DNA of 64,000 nucleotides from Ginglymostoma cirratum (taxonomy: Eukaryota), in NCBI GenBank assembly GCA_024137785.1, contig JAHRHZ010000271.1, positions 3,943,369-4,007,368 of the forward strand, read 5' to 3'. A program made the translations under genes and the position numbers. Each line of letters starts with the position of its first letter. Within the stretch, counting starts at the first letter, position 1. Positions 1 to 13,500 of this stretch are shown here, piece after piece. The notes below the pieces were generated by a model. That model saw nothing but the letters and a program-made list of their open reading frames with translations. It made no database searches and was not told the origin of the DNA.

Positions 1-2209
1 AAGAGAGAAGTCATGAGGCCCCATTGTGAAGTTCTTGCTATATTCAGATGTTGTGAAAGATGTAATAGAAATTATAACTGTCTCAGGAAAGATGTTCTAT
101 ATTTGAGGATGTGGTTGAGTAAGAAGAGTCCTCCTGTAATGCTTGGGTTTGCTATGCAATAGGTATATCTGGTGCTGCAACTGCTGGTTATAGTGGCAGT
201 AACATGACTAAATGTACCATCCCAGCTCCTTGGCCCAATACGGTCTGTACAAATATTGATGCTAATTTCATTATACATAACCTGATGGCCAAAATATCTA
301 ATGTGGCATTCAGCATGTTCCATGCTGGCATTGCAACACTGCCATATGGATGAATACTGGAAAATTAACACATGAAGCCCTTGCCCAAAAGGTAAGTGAC
401 CAAGTGCCTGCTTCAGGGTCATCCTCCAGAAACTGGTCTGCCTTGCAAGTTACTAATACATGACTGAAAACTAAGTTTACATGCAGCCTTATGGAGAACT
501 TTGAAAAAATAAGTACCATAATGCAGTAAAGAGCTGTAAAGTACAGGAACAATCCTCCTGCTTCTACAGCTGTGCCAAAGGCTATTACATCAGGTTCTCA
601 TTCAAGCACTGTCTCCCAGTGATATCCAACTCTCAGCTGCAACAAGATACTTTTATTCTGAACTCTAAATCCAATCCAATTTTGAGGCTATAGGTTTTCA
701 ATAATTGCTTTACCAGAATGGGAGGTCCAAGATGTCAATTGTATCAACTGAGATTACAAGTGGATGACATTGAATGGTCAGTCATCTCATAACATATGTC
801 AAGGCCTTTATTGATTCAGGAGCCAGGAGTGATACGTATCTGTCATAATTCACACTGTTCCATGTAAATCTATTCCATTTAAAGACTAATTCTGCTTTCT
901 TCATTCGCTGACTGGCTTACAGCAAAATAACATGAAGCTTCTCTAAGATCCATATTTATATTACTTTTCCTGAAACATATAGTTTGGTTGGGAACCTCCA
1001 GCTCGCTGAGCAAATCAACAACCTCACCCATAACCCGAGCTACAGATCTTTGCCAAAACTTTGAACCTCACTAGTCTTTTAACAAATAGTTGTTTTGGCC
1101 ATATGTAGAACCTGTTTTCCTTAACACAGCCAGCTTCAATGGAAAAGAAAATTGGACGGTGTATAAAGTGTGACTGATGTGCAGTTGTCTGCTTCACACT
1201 ATCCCCTAAAGCAGAATCTACAAACTGGTGTCAAGGCAAAATAGTTACATAAATACAGAACATTGTCCCATTGTATGGGTGGGTATATAATTCTTTAAAT
1301 TGCACGCAATCCAATTACTGGACTGCCAAAACTATACGTCCCAGGGATTTTTTTGATTGTAAGCGTGGAACAGGATCATTAGGGACTGGCAGTTTCCTGA
1401 AAGACTATCCTAGAGCAAGTCCTTCTGCGCACTATGAAGAAGTGTACCAACCTGAAACATTAGCTTTCCTGCTCCTGTGGTGCTGCCTGGCCTGCTGTGT
1501 TCCTCCAGCTCTGCACCTTGTTATCTCAGACTCCAGCATCAGCAGTTCTTACTATCTCCTGCAAAGACAGATGTTGTTGTGTTTTATCCTTCTGGAGATG
1601 TGCAAAAACTGATGTTAAAAATTGAATGAAATCCTTGATTGTTAGTGGCTTAATGTAACGGTGTGTAGACTATTGCGCTGTGAAGATCACAATTTCCGAG
1701 CAGCTGTTAAACACGCCTGCACTGCAGGTAATGAAAGGGAACAATTTGCACTCTTGAGCATTGCTAATTAGTCAGTATCGAGAAGAAACAGAATAAAAGA
1801 ATATCAATCAATCTGCAAAATTTGATGTTGACTGCTCAACCAGCAATATTAATGTTGATGGAACCATCCAATCTCCTACCGTGTATTACTGATAAACAAC
1901 TGAGGGACTGATGCTTGTGCTCGTTTTTTTATCTATTTTTGACCTCACTCCTTATTCCTTATCTGTGTGCATGAGTATTGCATTATATTTTCCTATATAC
2001 ACTAATAAACTAATTCTCTGCTAACTTGCGAGAACCTGATTAAATTGATTCCTTTAATAACATAAATTTCTTTCATCTCTGAGAAATATTTCCTAATGGA
2101 AAGGGATCATTTTCAAATTAAGTTTATTGCACTCAACTCAGGGGCAGGTTAAAAAAGAAGAGGAGTCACTTCATTACACCTCACCCCAAGGTCAAAGAGC
2201 CATAAGTTA

Positions 2210-2925
2210 TAGAGTCACAGAGCGTGGAAACAGACCCTTCGATCTAGCCAGTCCATGCCAACTATGTTCCCAATCTACACTAGTCCCTTTTGCCTGCACT
2301 TGGTCCACGTCTCTCCAAACATTTCCTATTCATGTACTTATCCAAATGTCTTTTAAACATTGTAACTGTACCTGCATCCACCACTTTCTCTGGCAGTTCA
2401 TTCCACACACACAAACCACTCCTTTTGTGTAGTAAAGTTGCCCCTCATGTCCTTTTTAAACTTTCTCTTCTTGCATTAAAATATGCCCCCTAGTTTTGAA
2501 CTCCCATGCCCTAGGGAAAAGAGCCTTGTCATTCACGTTATCTATACCCCTCATGATAGTATAAACCTCAATAAGGTTACCCGTTAACCTCCTAAACTCC
2601 AGTAGAAAATGTCTCAGTCTTTCCAGTCTATTTTTATATGTCAAACCCTCCAATTCCAGCAACATCCTGGTAAATCTTTTCTGAACCCGCTCCAGCTTAT
2701 CCTTCCTATAAAAAGGCGATCAGAACTGCACATTGTACAGTGGCCTCACCAACATCCTGCAAAAACTCAACATGATGTCCCAACTTCTATACTCAATGCC
2801 TGAGCAATGAATCAACCATGCTAAATGCCTTCTTAACCACCCTGTCTATATGTGATGCAAACTTCAAAGAGTTATGTATTTGAACCCCTTGGTCTTTGTG
2901 TTCTATAACTCAGGGCCCTATTCAG
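2210..2925 (-). mobile_element. CR1/HER1-type LINE 3' fragment
   Basis: RT C-terminus LEGLTYKNRLERL..F.LEFRRLTGNLIEVYTIMRGID..KTRGH and a short tandem tail. Confidence 0.88.
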
Positions 2926-3990
2926 GCTTTCCCACCTGAAACTGTAACTGAACTGTGAGTTCTGAGGAAGGGTAACCGGACCTGAAACATTAACTCGGTT
3001 TGTTTCTTCACAGATGCTGCCGGAACTGCTGAACTTTTCCAGCAACTTTGTTTTTGTTCTTGAAATTGTAACAAATTGGGAAACCGCATCCAGGGATTGG
3101 TTGCAATGATGTGCTTTACAAGCTGTGACAGGATAATGGGCAACCTACTTTTGTAAACTATTCACAATGCTTTTCATTAGAGAAAGAACTATGTGGATAA
3201 CTTCTTTGTAAGTAAATAAAGAGCTTATTATTTCTTCACAGTTGCTGGATCAAAATCCTGGAACTCTCTACCCAACAACACTGTGGGTGTGCCTACACTA
3301 CACAACTACAGTGGTTTGAGAAGATGTCTCAAAACCATTTACCTGAGGGCAATTAGGTTAGGCAATGAATGATTGTGTTTCGTGAATAATGTCCCCCCAC
3401 CTTCATTTTGTGGAGGAATTTAAACAAAACATTTATTCTGTACCTTTAGCACAGTGCAAAGTAGACTGTGATTTATATAGCAATTTTAAATTCACTTTTT
3501 GTAAGCTTGGGTTTTTGAATTTTGAGTTAGTAATCTTCCTTTTAATTCACTCGTGGGACATGGGCATTGCTGACTGCCCAGCATTTATTGCCTGTCCCAA
3601 TTTGAAAAGTTGCTAGTGAACTGTTGATGAACTGTGCGGCTTCTGTGAGTCTGGAGTTAATAATTAACTTTTCAAGTATTTCTGAAGCCATAGTAATTTC
3701 TTTTAAAACTGTTTTTGGGGCCTGGCTTTAGAGTGAATCAAATTTTTAGAGTGAACCAATTAATTTCTTGTTTACCTTCGATTATTTTGTGAATCAGCAA
3801 GGTAAATAATGGGACCTCAAGGTTTACTAGAACCTGCCGGAATTTTTTTTTACCTTCCAAGAAACAGTCATAACTTAGAGGGAAACTGTTGCTTTCACTT
3901 TTACTTTGAGTGGGCAGTTCATTGAAATCCTGGTGTAGATCATTGCTCCTGAGAAGGGAATGGCATGATGAACTAGGTCAATGGTGATTT

Positions 3991-4293
3991 CATAGGATCT
4001 CTACAGTGTTGAAGCAGGCCATTTGGCCCATCGAGTCACACCGATCCTCTGAAGAGCAACTCATCCAGACATACCCCATCCCTGTAACCCTGCATTCCCC
4101 ATGTCTAACCCACCTTGCCTGCACATCCCTGGACAGTACGGACAATTTAGCATGGCCGATCCACCTAACCTGCACATCTTTGATCTGTGGGAGGAAACCG
4201 GAGCACCCGGAGGAAACGCAGGCAGACAGAGAACATGCAAACTCCACATAGACAGTCGCCCGAGGCTGGAATCGAACCTGGGTACCTAGCACT
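3991..4293 (-). mobile_element. HE1-type tRNA-derived shark SINE
   Basis: Reverse complement of ggttcgattccagcctcgggcgactgtctatgtggagtttgca...gatgtgcaggttaggtggatcggccatgctaaattg, with a CR1-like tail. Confidence 0.88.
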
Positions 4294-4529
4294 GCATGTT
4301 GTGGCAAGGTGAGAGTGTGTTGCATATGCAGGGCCAAACATTCAGTATGAGCATGCGCCATAATCATGCATCATATTTCTGGTATGAGAGGAAACTATGC
4401 ATGTGCAGTAAAGAAGTGTGTAACTGAAATGGCTGTAACTGCTTGCCTGGGCATATTTTCATGCCAGCACAGATTTTAAAGTACTTTTGGTATTGGCTTT
4501 GTTATAGTACTGGTTTAACTCTTAGATTC

Positions 4530-5475
4530 TCAGAAAAAACGGACAGATTTCTTGTCAAAACAGGCGATTCGTCTGCCAATGTCAATGAAGCATCTGAATC
4601 CAAAGGAAACGAAGAGTAAGAACTGTTCAGAGAAAAGCTATTTGGCTTTTTGGATTTTCACGAACAGGAGACGCTGCTCGTCCCTTACCTGAGTGTTTCA
4701 CCTGCACCGAGAAATTAGCAAACGCTGTGATAGCGCCAATAAGTACGTTAAGATGCCATTCAAAGGCAAACCATCCATCTCTTGTGAACAAATATATTTT
4801 CAGTACTTCAAAAGTTTGCGAGTACAAAACATGAACGAGACCCAGCGTCCGGTAGAGTGTGTGCAGGGATCAGATAAAGTTCACAAGGCTATTTACCTAG
4901 TGGCTTGGCTTGTAGCAAAGTCAGGGAAGCTCCATTCCGTTGCTGAAATATGCCTTCATGTAAAATAATCATAGGGTTGATGTGAGGAGCTGATACTGCA
5001 ATAGAGATTGAGAAAATTCCTCTCTCTGGTAACACAGTTAAATGGCAAATGTTAATGGAGTAAGGTTAGTGAGTGACCCCACCCCATCAATCCCTCCCCA
5101 AACCATAAGGCTCAGTACACAATGACAGATACAGGTTTCCGGGAAAAAAAACAGGTAAATTGCAATTTACTCCACTTTGCAGTTTGCTTTGGTCCATCGT
5201 TCACGAATTGTTAAACATTGCTGAGATGACCAGATTTTAACAATGTTTGTGCTCCCATTCAAAGATGGTGTATTTTGCTAGCAGATTTGAAACATTAATG
5301 CTTTTGATCTTCTTTAGTTTGTTGTATGTATAATGTTACGAATTTCCTAGTAAGACCGTAATCACAGTAAATAAAAGTAAATGTGATGTTTGAGTTTACC
5401 TGAAGAAGTGGGTGTACTGTGGAATCCTTTTCTTATTAAAGTGTGTTTTGATGCTGAAAAAGTTGGCAACCACAG
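4530..5475 (+). mobile_element. hAT (Charlie-like) DNA transposon remnant
   Basis: Frameshifted BED-finger-like GFSRTGDAARPLPECFTCTEKLAN, AIYLVAWLVAKSGKLHSVAE and KIPLSGNTV. TIR-like aaaagttggcaaccacag at about 5458-5475. Confidence 0.75.
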
Positions 5476-5786
5476 AACTGAGTCTTCTTAGAGTGAAGAG
5501 CTACTGTTAGTCCCAGACCAAAAGTGTTGTGATAAAACCCTGAAGAGGTTAATTAAAGCTAAATACGTTTAAATTCACGTGTATCATAGCTCCAAGAACA
5601 ACCTACAGTTCCAGTTTATAAGTTCAAGACACAAGTGACTTGAACCTACCAAGGCGTTGGATAGGCAGACTTTGGTATGACCATTTTCTGAGTAGTGTTT
5701 TAGGTAGTGTATCAGAGTGTTTTGTGTACTATATAAGAGCTGTTTATTTTTCTTTTCAATTTATTAAAGAAAGAGTGTCTTGACGT

Positions 5787-6120
5787 TGGGCAGCACAGTG
5801 GCTCAGTAATTAGCACTGCTGCCTCACAGTGCCAGGGACCCAGGCCTTAGCTGACAATCTGTATGGAGTTTACACATTCTCCTTGTGTTTGTGTAGGTTT
5901 CCTTCTGGCCCTCTGGTTTCCTCCACAGTCCAAAGATTAGGTGAATTGGCCATGCTAAATTACCCACTTTATTCAGAGATGTGCAGGCTACGTGGGTTAG
6001 TCATGGCAAATGCAGGGTTACAGAGATATGTTAGGCGGAGGTCTGGGTGGGATGCTCTTTCGAGGATCGATGTAGACTCATTGGGCCGAATGGCCTGTTT
6101 TGAAACTGTAGGGATTCAAT
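5787..6120 (+). mobile_element. HE1-type SINE
   Basis: A-box head ggcagcacagtggctcagtaattagcactgctgcctcac, central conserved block, tail ending actgtagggattc. Confidence 0.88.
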
Positions 6121-9100
6121 GATTCGAGTGGGATAGGGTAAATGGTTTATTTTATTCTATTTTATCTTCAATTCTTTTGTTAATAAATGTATTTTTAATT
6201 GTTAAGGCAAAACCTGCAGCACTATGTGCTTATGTTTCATCAAGGAAAGACTTTGTTAACATCAAAGCAAAGCAAAGCAAAATGTGGCCTTCCAAGCTAG
6301 GTTTCAGTCTGGGATCTGATTTTTCCAGTAATAACATTATCTTGGATTGTAACAATTTAGGGCTGTAAATTGCTTCCTAAGTGTGTTATCAAACAAAATT
6401 TGATATTGAGGCGTATAAGAATGTATTAAGTCTTAAGATCAAAATATTTGTCAAGGATGGAGATTTGAAGGAACATTTTAACAGTGCAGAAGCACTCGAT
6501 GAGAGGCCAAAATAATTTAACACAACTCAATATCACTTGGAGATTTCATTCTGATTAATTTTGAGCACATATTCACGAGCGGGTATGACAAGATTGCGTG
6601 GCTTTGATTTGATCCATTGGGTTGGGGATAGTTTTTGTTTGGCATGCATGTAGTGTGAGTGAAAATCACTGTAGTCTGCCCTCTAGTTAGAGGCTGGCAG
6701 TGGGTTTAGCCTGTGGATCACCACACCTCAGGCAGAGCTGAGCCTTTGTGGTGACCTTAGCTGACCCAGAAATTGGGGACACAGCAGTGGTGATATATTG
6801 CAATACAAACCAGCCATTCCTAACCACAGAAACGTGCAGAGGTGAGTAGACTGTTCTGAAGGCTAGAGTAACAAAACAGTTTTCACTTGACCTCATACAC
6901 AGCGCAGTTCTGGTGAAGCGCACACGATTGTTTCAAGCTCAGATGGTATTTTGATTGCTGAAATGATAGGAACTTGGAAAGAGAATAGTTGCCGAAGTAA
7001 ATCTTTACCCGCTAAAATTGTTCAAGAACCACATCAAGGTTTTTAAATGATCTCAAATGGGTACACTGAGATCATTCAAACAAATTAGATGTTTAGTGAA
7101 ATGTTCATTACTGAAGCAGATCTGCTGAAGATCATGAGTTCACATTGCGCAACCTGAAAAATTTGAAGGCCAAACAGTATCATACTGTCCTTAAACAAAA
7201 CCTTACTGTTTTGCTGCACTAATCTCCTGCACCCTGGTTTGTTTTCTAGTAGTATTCTGCATGTTGTTTAATATTTGCTTTTGGCTCCTGCATCTACTTT
7301 GTGTTTTCTCTGGTTCCTGTGCTCATTCTATGTCATCTCCTGTGCTTGTTTTGCCTTATTTTCCCTGTATCCTGTATCCCATTTTGTGTTCTCAACGTTC
7401 TAAACTCTGCTTTGTACTGCCCCAGCAACATAGAAAGTAACACACAAGCAGACCACACAATACACACTGCTTGCTATCCACAAGACAAGTTGCTTTATCT
7501 CTGCATATTGTCACTGACTGTCATCAATTCACTATCTTTTGGTGACCTGTAAACAACCTGCATGATTGAACCCCCTGTTGCTTTGCAGTATCAGCAAGTG
7601 TAATGGATAAGGGTGGATTAGGCTATCTAGTGGTGTACCGTTCAAACTGATCAAAGTCACAGAAATGCCTGAGATATGTATCCAAGCAGGAAACTAAAAT
7701 CTGTTTGTAGTTAACATCATCACTCCCCATTCACTGCAGCATTTACAGAAAGAGAGGAACAAGGCACGCCTTTTTCTTCTCAATTACAGTAATCAAACAC
7801 ATTTGATCTCTCAATTTGCTTTCTTAGTCTCCCACCCCCGCAATTGATGCTGACTAATGATATGGAAACTTAACATTGCCGTATCTTCTTGACCTGGATC
7901 TTTGAGAACAATTCTGTTTTTTAGTTTACACCTTATCTTTATCTTAACTGGAATGGGTTCTCTAAACATTGCGCTGATAATGAAAAGATTCCTCTTCTAG
8001 CTTCATGCAGTTCAAAAAGGATAGGTTTGTAGCCCCATTTTGCATATTTATTTTCAATGCCCAATATGGTTTACTGACCCATGGCCAATAGCTACTTCAG
8101 CACATGTGGTTCTTGAAAGTTTCCCTGGTTGAATTATGGCAATTTTTTGCAATGCACAAAATGTGCAGTTAATGCTAGAGATATGAGTTTGTCAATATCA
8201 GTCTGGGTACGTTTTGAACTAGGTGCTGTCTACATAAGTATTTTAAAATAAAAGATACATCAGCCCCAATTTTGGATCAGTGACAAAGACAGGCAGCTCA
8301 CCATTCAGTCTTAAAGTTGACACCAAGCATCTTTTTTTTTGAATAATAGCTTAGAGATCCTGAAGAGCCTTTCCAGAAAGGCAAGTGTACTGTGGAGTGT
8401 GTGAACCAGGGCAAAAGATGTTCTCAATTCAATCTTTCAGGAATCTTCATTGAGAAATGCAAAAGCCAAACTAGGAACTATAAACATAAATAACTAATTC
8501 AATTTAATTGCATTCAAATCACGTCCAGAAATAAAAATAAAATGAGGGAAAGAAAGATGGGATTAAGGGAGAGAAATGAAAGTGACCTGAAAGGAAAAAA
8601 GCATAAACAAGAATTTAACATTTTAAATTGAATTCTCAAGGTATGGAAATCCACACTTAGAAACATAAATCTTCAACGCCAGAGAAGTTATTTTGAATCT
8701 CACTGCACTGCACTGTTAAAAAATTAATTTACACCCTGATGCAGGTTTAAATTTTTCCTGTGTGTTTAGTGGGTTACAAATTGATAAGTAGCATAACTTT
8801 AAATCTTTCATGTACCTTGATGGCAAATCTACTGGGCAGGTACCAGTGTGGTGAAACATGTAGAGAAGTAAGGTAACTCCGAATACAACTTTCAGATTTC
8901 TGCTTTTAACTGCACAAGTGAGGACACTGGAAGTTGCTATCCCACTTGCCTTGTAATAACAGTGAGTTATAATACCTTCCACAAGATTAGCATCAATGAA
9001 TTTATGGCCTGGATTCCACAGCCCGAAATGGTGTTAGAACTATTTTCAAAGGAAATTTGCATAATTATTTGAAGAAACAACTGCAATGTTCTAGAGATGG

Positions 9101-9914
9101 GAGTGGTATTGATATGGGCATGATGGATAGAATATCTGTCATTAATTATATCTTTGAGGTTAACTAGAAACATTGATTGGCTGGTTACTTGAGCAAAAGT
9201 AAAGCGACATTTATTAACACAAGAAGGATGGTGTCAGGAGGGTAATAACTGATTCATACAATAAAAGGTCCATTCCAAATAAAGACTGACTAGTTTTGTC
9301 TTCACCAACTGGCTATTGGGAGTACAACACGTCTGCATGGTATGTTTCTATGACATTTACCTAGCTTAAGAACTCAATGTTAGCTGTCATTAACATTGAG
9401 GAACAAATTTTGATCACCATCAGGTCTCAATTTGCTGTAGTGAATGAGAGTGGGCAGATTGTGTATGCAAAAACTGTTGTGTTTATGTCAGCCCTGAGCT
9501 ATTCAAGATAGAACATAGGGAACAGGATGTTAAAAATTGTTGATAAACAAAGCATCCTTCCAGAAATATTTAACAAAAAGGGTGTTCATTTTCTTTGTTC
9601 AAGATGTTGTTGTTTTTGTGTGGTTTAATAGTGCCAGAGGTCCTGGCATGGTTTTAATAGATAGGGTTATAACAATACTGCAAACATGTGAACTTGGTCG
9701 TCATAGTGACTGTGCGCCTCAAAATATTATCTTTACTTTTAATTTCAGCTTCTGTTGACTCTTGAGCTACTGCTTATTCCTTGGTCTCTCAGCTACATCT
9801 TAGCAGCCGTTACTCGAAGCAGTAAGCCAGTCTTTTATGCAATCTCGAACCAACTCACTTCAGTCTTTTTCTTCTTGTGAACAGAAAGACATGAGAAAGT
9901 AATGGAGTCAATAC

Positions 9915-10220
9915 TAAACTGAGACTAAGGTGGTGCTGAATTGAAATCCGAGTGAACCTTGAGTGAGAGTAGAATGGCATCACAATGTTAGAAGTCAAAG
10001 AGAATACTGAATTTAGAATGGCATCTAACTGAGAACAGTAAGCATCAAACTGAGAAAAGGCGGGCATTAAACTGCGAGAATCCAGAAGTCAAATTGAGAG
10101 CTGTACACAATCAAATTGGTGTATATCTAACCAAGATAAAGTGGTGTAAATTGAGAATGGGGTGGATACCAAACAGAATTGGACAAAAATTAACTGAGAA
10201 TGCCATGGCCTCAAACGTGA
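9915..10220. repeat. Degenerate 21-22 bp minisatellite
   Basis: Recurring (t)caaactgagaa-like core at about 21-22 bp spacing. Confidence 0.5.
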
Positions 10221-11059
10221 GGATGGAAGAGAAGGGGGGGTCACTGGTCTCAAATTACCACTCTGTTTCTGTCTCCACGGATGCTTCCACACATGTTTTT
10301 TCCAGCATGTCCAATCTGAAATGCAAAAATTAAACCTTACATTATTTTCTCGTCTTCCTAAACCCCTCTTCCCATCTCCTCCAGCCTCAGCTCCAAAGGT
10401 TAGTACGAGGAGCTCCAGAACATCTTTGTCATTAGGATTAAGCCTATCCATTTATTTGCTTACAAGGGCTCTGCCATTAACTGTTGTCCTGGTTTGTGAC
10501 CATCCTCTTGTTACCTCCTTACCTTTCTCACAAAACCTATAACCACCCAAATTCCTTTCCTAGTCCCGATGCTTTTTCCTTATATCTATACATCCAGAAA
10601 TGGTCTTACACTCAACCAAATGATTTTCTTTCTCATCACCAAATCACCTGTGGTATTCCTTTTAACCTATTAACCACCAACAGTATATCACCATGTTCTC
10701 TAATTGATTGATGTATGTGTGAAACCCATTAAGGGCAATGCGAGCCATCAAAGGTGAGGAAGAGGTTTAGGGGTGGGGGGGGGAAGGGGCAAAATCGTGG
10801 TGTTAAAAAGTAAGGTAAGACACTCTAATGAATTGAGAGTATTGGCAGACACTGCCGTGCACCAACATAGCCACAGCTAATCTCAGTGTTATCTGATATT
10901 GTTAATCTCTCCGGTGTTATCTGTCTCCACTTTGATATCTGCCTTCATCAATATCTGCCTTCATCAGCCCTTGCCTCATTGTTTCAAAAAATTTTTCCAT
11001 CTTCAAGCTCCATTTCTTCTCCAGTGCCATTGGACATGATGTCACCTGTAAAATCCTTG

Positions 11060-12920
11060 CCCAACTTTTGTAGACCTGATATTTTACATCCCTCAGTGTT
11101 GGAAGAGATATCTATGAATACAATATATGCATTGGTGATCATCTTCCAAAATTCTATAGGCTTTAAAATTGTTCCTGTGGATTGGAGCGATGGGAGAGAG
11201 GAAAGATGGAGCTACAGATCAATTAACCTGACATCAACTGTAGAGAAAATGCTAGAATCTATCGTGAAGGGTCTGTTTGGTAACAGTTGGTATAGATTGG
11301 ACAATGGAGAATGGAGTCTGACGAACCTGTTGGAGTATTCTTGTGGACTTTATCAATCTTGTCAGTAAAGGGCAGCTGGTAGACAGTGTAATAAAATAAA
11401 ACGAAGAACCGCAGATTGCTGAGCATCTGAAAGAAAAGCAGTAAGTTCTGGAGAAAGTCAACAAGTCTGGCAGCATCTGTGGAGAGGGAAACAGTTTACA
11501 TTTTGAGCCCAGAAACCCTTTGTCAGTTTCTGGGCTCAAAACTTTAACTCTGTGGACATAGTATACTTGGATTTTCAGAATCCTTTTGATAAAATCTGCA
11601 AGGAAAGTTGGTTATCAAAATAAACACAAGATAGGAAACGATACATGGCATCATTAAAGAAAATCTAGCAAACAGAAAGCAAAGAAGTAATAAACAAGTC
11701 ATTCTCATTCGAGCAGGCTATAACTAGTTGGGCAATGCTAGTGTAGTCGTTAGCTATACTGTATATGTTTTTATATCAATGATTTGGACATGGAGACCAA
11801 ATGTAATGTTTACATGCAACCATATGAACAAACACATTAAAAGAAAAAGTAGGCCATTTGGCTCTTCAATCCTGCTGTTCCATTCACTAAGATAATTGTT
11901 GATCCAACTGTCCAGGAGGGGAGGAATCAAAGTTGCAATAAGTATTCTTTAGTTAGTGGAGCTCCTGCTCCTCTGATGCTTGGCCTGCTGTGTTCATCCA
12001 GCTCTACACCTTGTTATCTCAGATTCTCCAGCATCTGCAGTTCCTACTATCTCCTCTACAATATGGATGGGTTGCATCTTGACAGGACAGAAATAGCATC
12101 ATAACAGGAACATTTGTTAGTACTGATGGGCAGTGTTTAACCAAGATTGGCAGGGGTGTGGAGGAAGAGGGCCCAAGGGAAAACTTAGATTTAAGAGAAG
12201 TAAAAGTAGCAGAATGAAATAGAGGATCAGCAAGAAGAAAAAGACATAAATGGTAATGGCAAGCAGCAAATAGGATCAAATGGAGGAACATTTTTTTAAG
12301 GGGCTAAATTACAGGTACTCTATCTAATGAGCATAACATTCACAAACAGATTAATGATTTGAATAAACAAATTCAGGTAAATGGGTATGAATTAATTGCC
12401 ATTAGAAACGCATGGGTACAGGGTGACCAAGTTTGGGAACTGGATGTCCAAGGATAGTCTACATTTTGGAAAGGGAAGATTGGGGAATAATATCTACACA
12501 CTAGTATGAGGAATTTCTAGTTGAAGAATTGAGACATAGAACTAATTTGGTTGGAGCCAAGAGACGACAAGGGTTAAGCCAACGTTGCTACATGCAATAG
12601 ATTAGGAAATTAGAGACACGTGCAATGTAAGTATTCCTGTAATAATGGGTGACTGTCTAGCCCTAATGCATATAGACTGGGTTAACCAAGTCAGCATTAC
12701 GACTGTATTATTGAATTCCTGAATTGTGTATGAGATGGGTTTCTGGAAAAATATGCTGGTGAACTAATTAGGGAGCAGGCTATTTTTGGATTTGGTGTCG
12801 TGCAATAAGAAAGAGCAAGTAAAACTTTGCTGTAAATGAGCTTATGGAAAATAGTGAACATAGTATGTCAGAATCTTACATGAAGTTTGAATGCGCCATA
12901 GTTAATTCTAAAATTAATTT
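11060..12920 (+). mobile_element. Decayed CR1-type LINE fragments (RT about 11060-11810; endonuclease about 12290-12920) with Penelope-like inserts
   Basis: IFQNSI..VPVDW..YRSINLTSTVEKMLESIVK and VYLDFQ motifs; endonuclease-like remnants. Inserts at about 11390-11555 and 11962-12055. Confidence 0.75.
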
Positions 12921-13409
12921 CTCAAAGGTATAGGCCCTAAACGTCAGGCTTCCTGCTCCTCTGATGCTGCTTGGCCTGCTGTGTTCATCCAGCTCTACAC
13001 CTTGTTATCTTTTTGCAGTTGAGTCCTTTTGTGTCTTTTGAATCAAATGGTTCAAACCTGGGTTTTTTAAAAATCATATCTTCAAAAATAAAGATGCACT
13101 TCTCTATGGTAGTGTTTATTATAAAGGGATTGTAATACAAGAATAAAGGGGTCTTGCTACATTTGTACAAGTTTTTGACAGACATGGGCAGTATATTATG
13201 TGATACCAACAGATGAGATTTTGTTGAGGTCATGTTAAATGGACAGGTGCCCATTCCCACCTCCTTCCAACCCATCCCTGAGCTCACCCCTAAAATATGG
13301 AGAGTGAGTGGGCCCTGATACTTTCAGCATGTCCATCACATATGTCAATTGACTCAATTATTTTGTCACATCGAAAATTTGTTGCCCCAATATTACCCTG
13401 CTCAATCCT

Positions 13410-13500
13410 AGGGGCTCATGTAGTGCAGTAGTGATGCCCCTACCTCCGTGCCAGGTGGCCTGGGTTCAAGTCCCACCTGAATCCCAACATCTCTGAACAG
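13410..13500 (+). mobile_element. tRNA-derived SINE head
   Basis: A-box-like tagtgcagtag and B box gggttcaagtccc; no cloverleaf. Confidence 0.55.

Noticed and set aside
1-900. Possible LTR-retrotransposon relic (KAFIDSGA protease-like motif near 800-825)
   Set aside because: Motifs are too short and the strand signals conflict, so no call can be supported.
10770-10789. G-quadruplex-capable G-run
   Set aside because: Simple homopolymer tract with no supporting context.
10790-10820. NRGVKK resembling the DRGVLK end of the first FKBP5 coding exon
   Set aside because: Followed by an in-frame stop, the donor sites are out of phase, and the upstream sequence is a G-run with no similarity.
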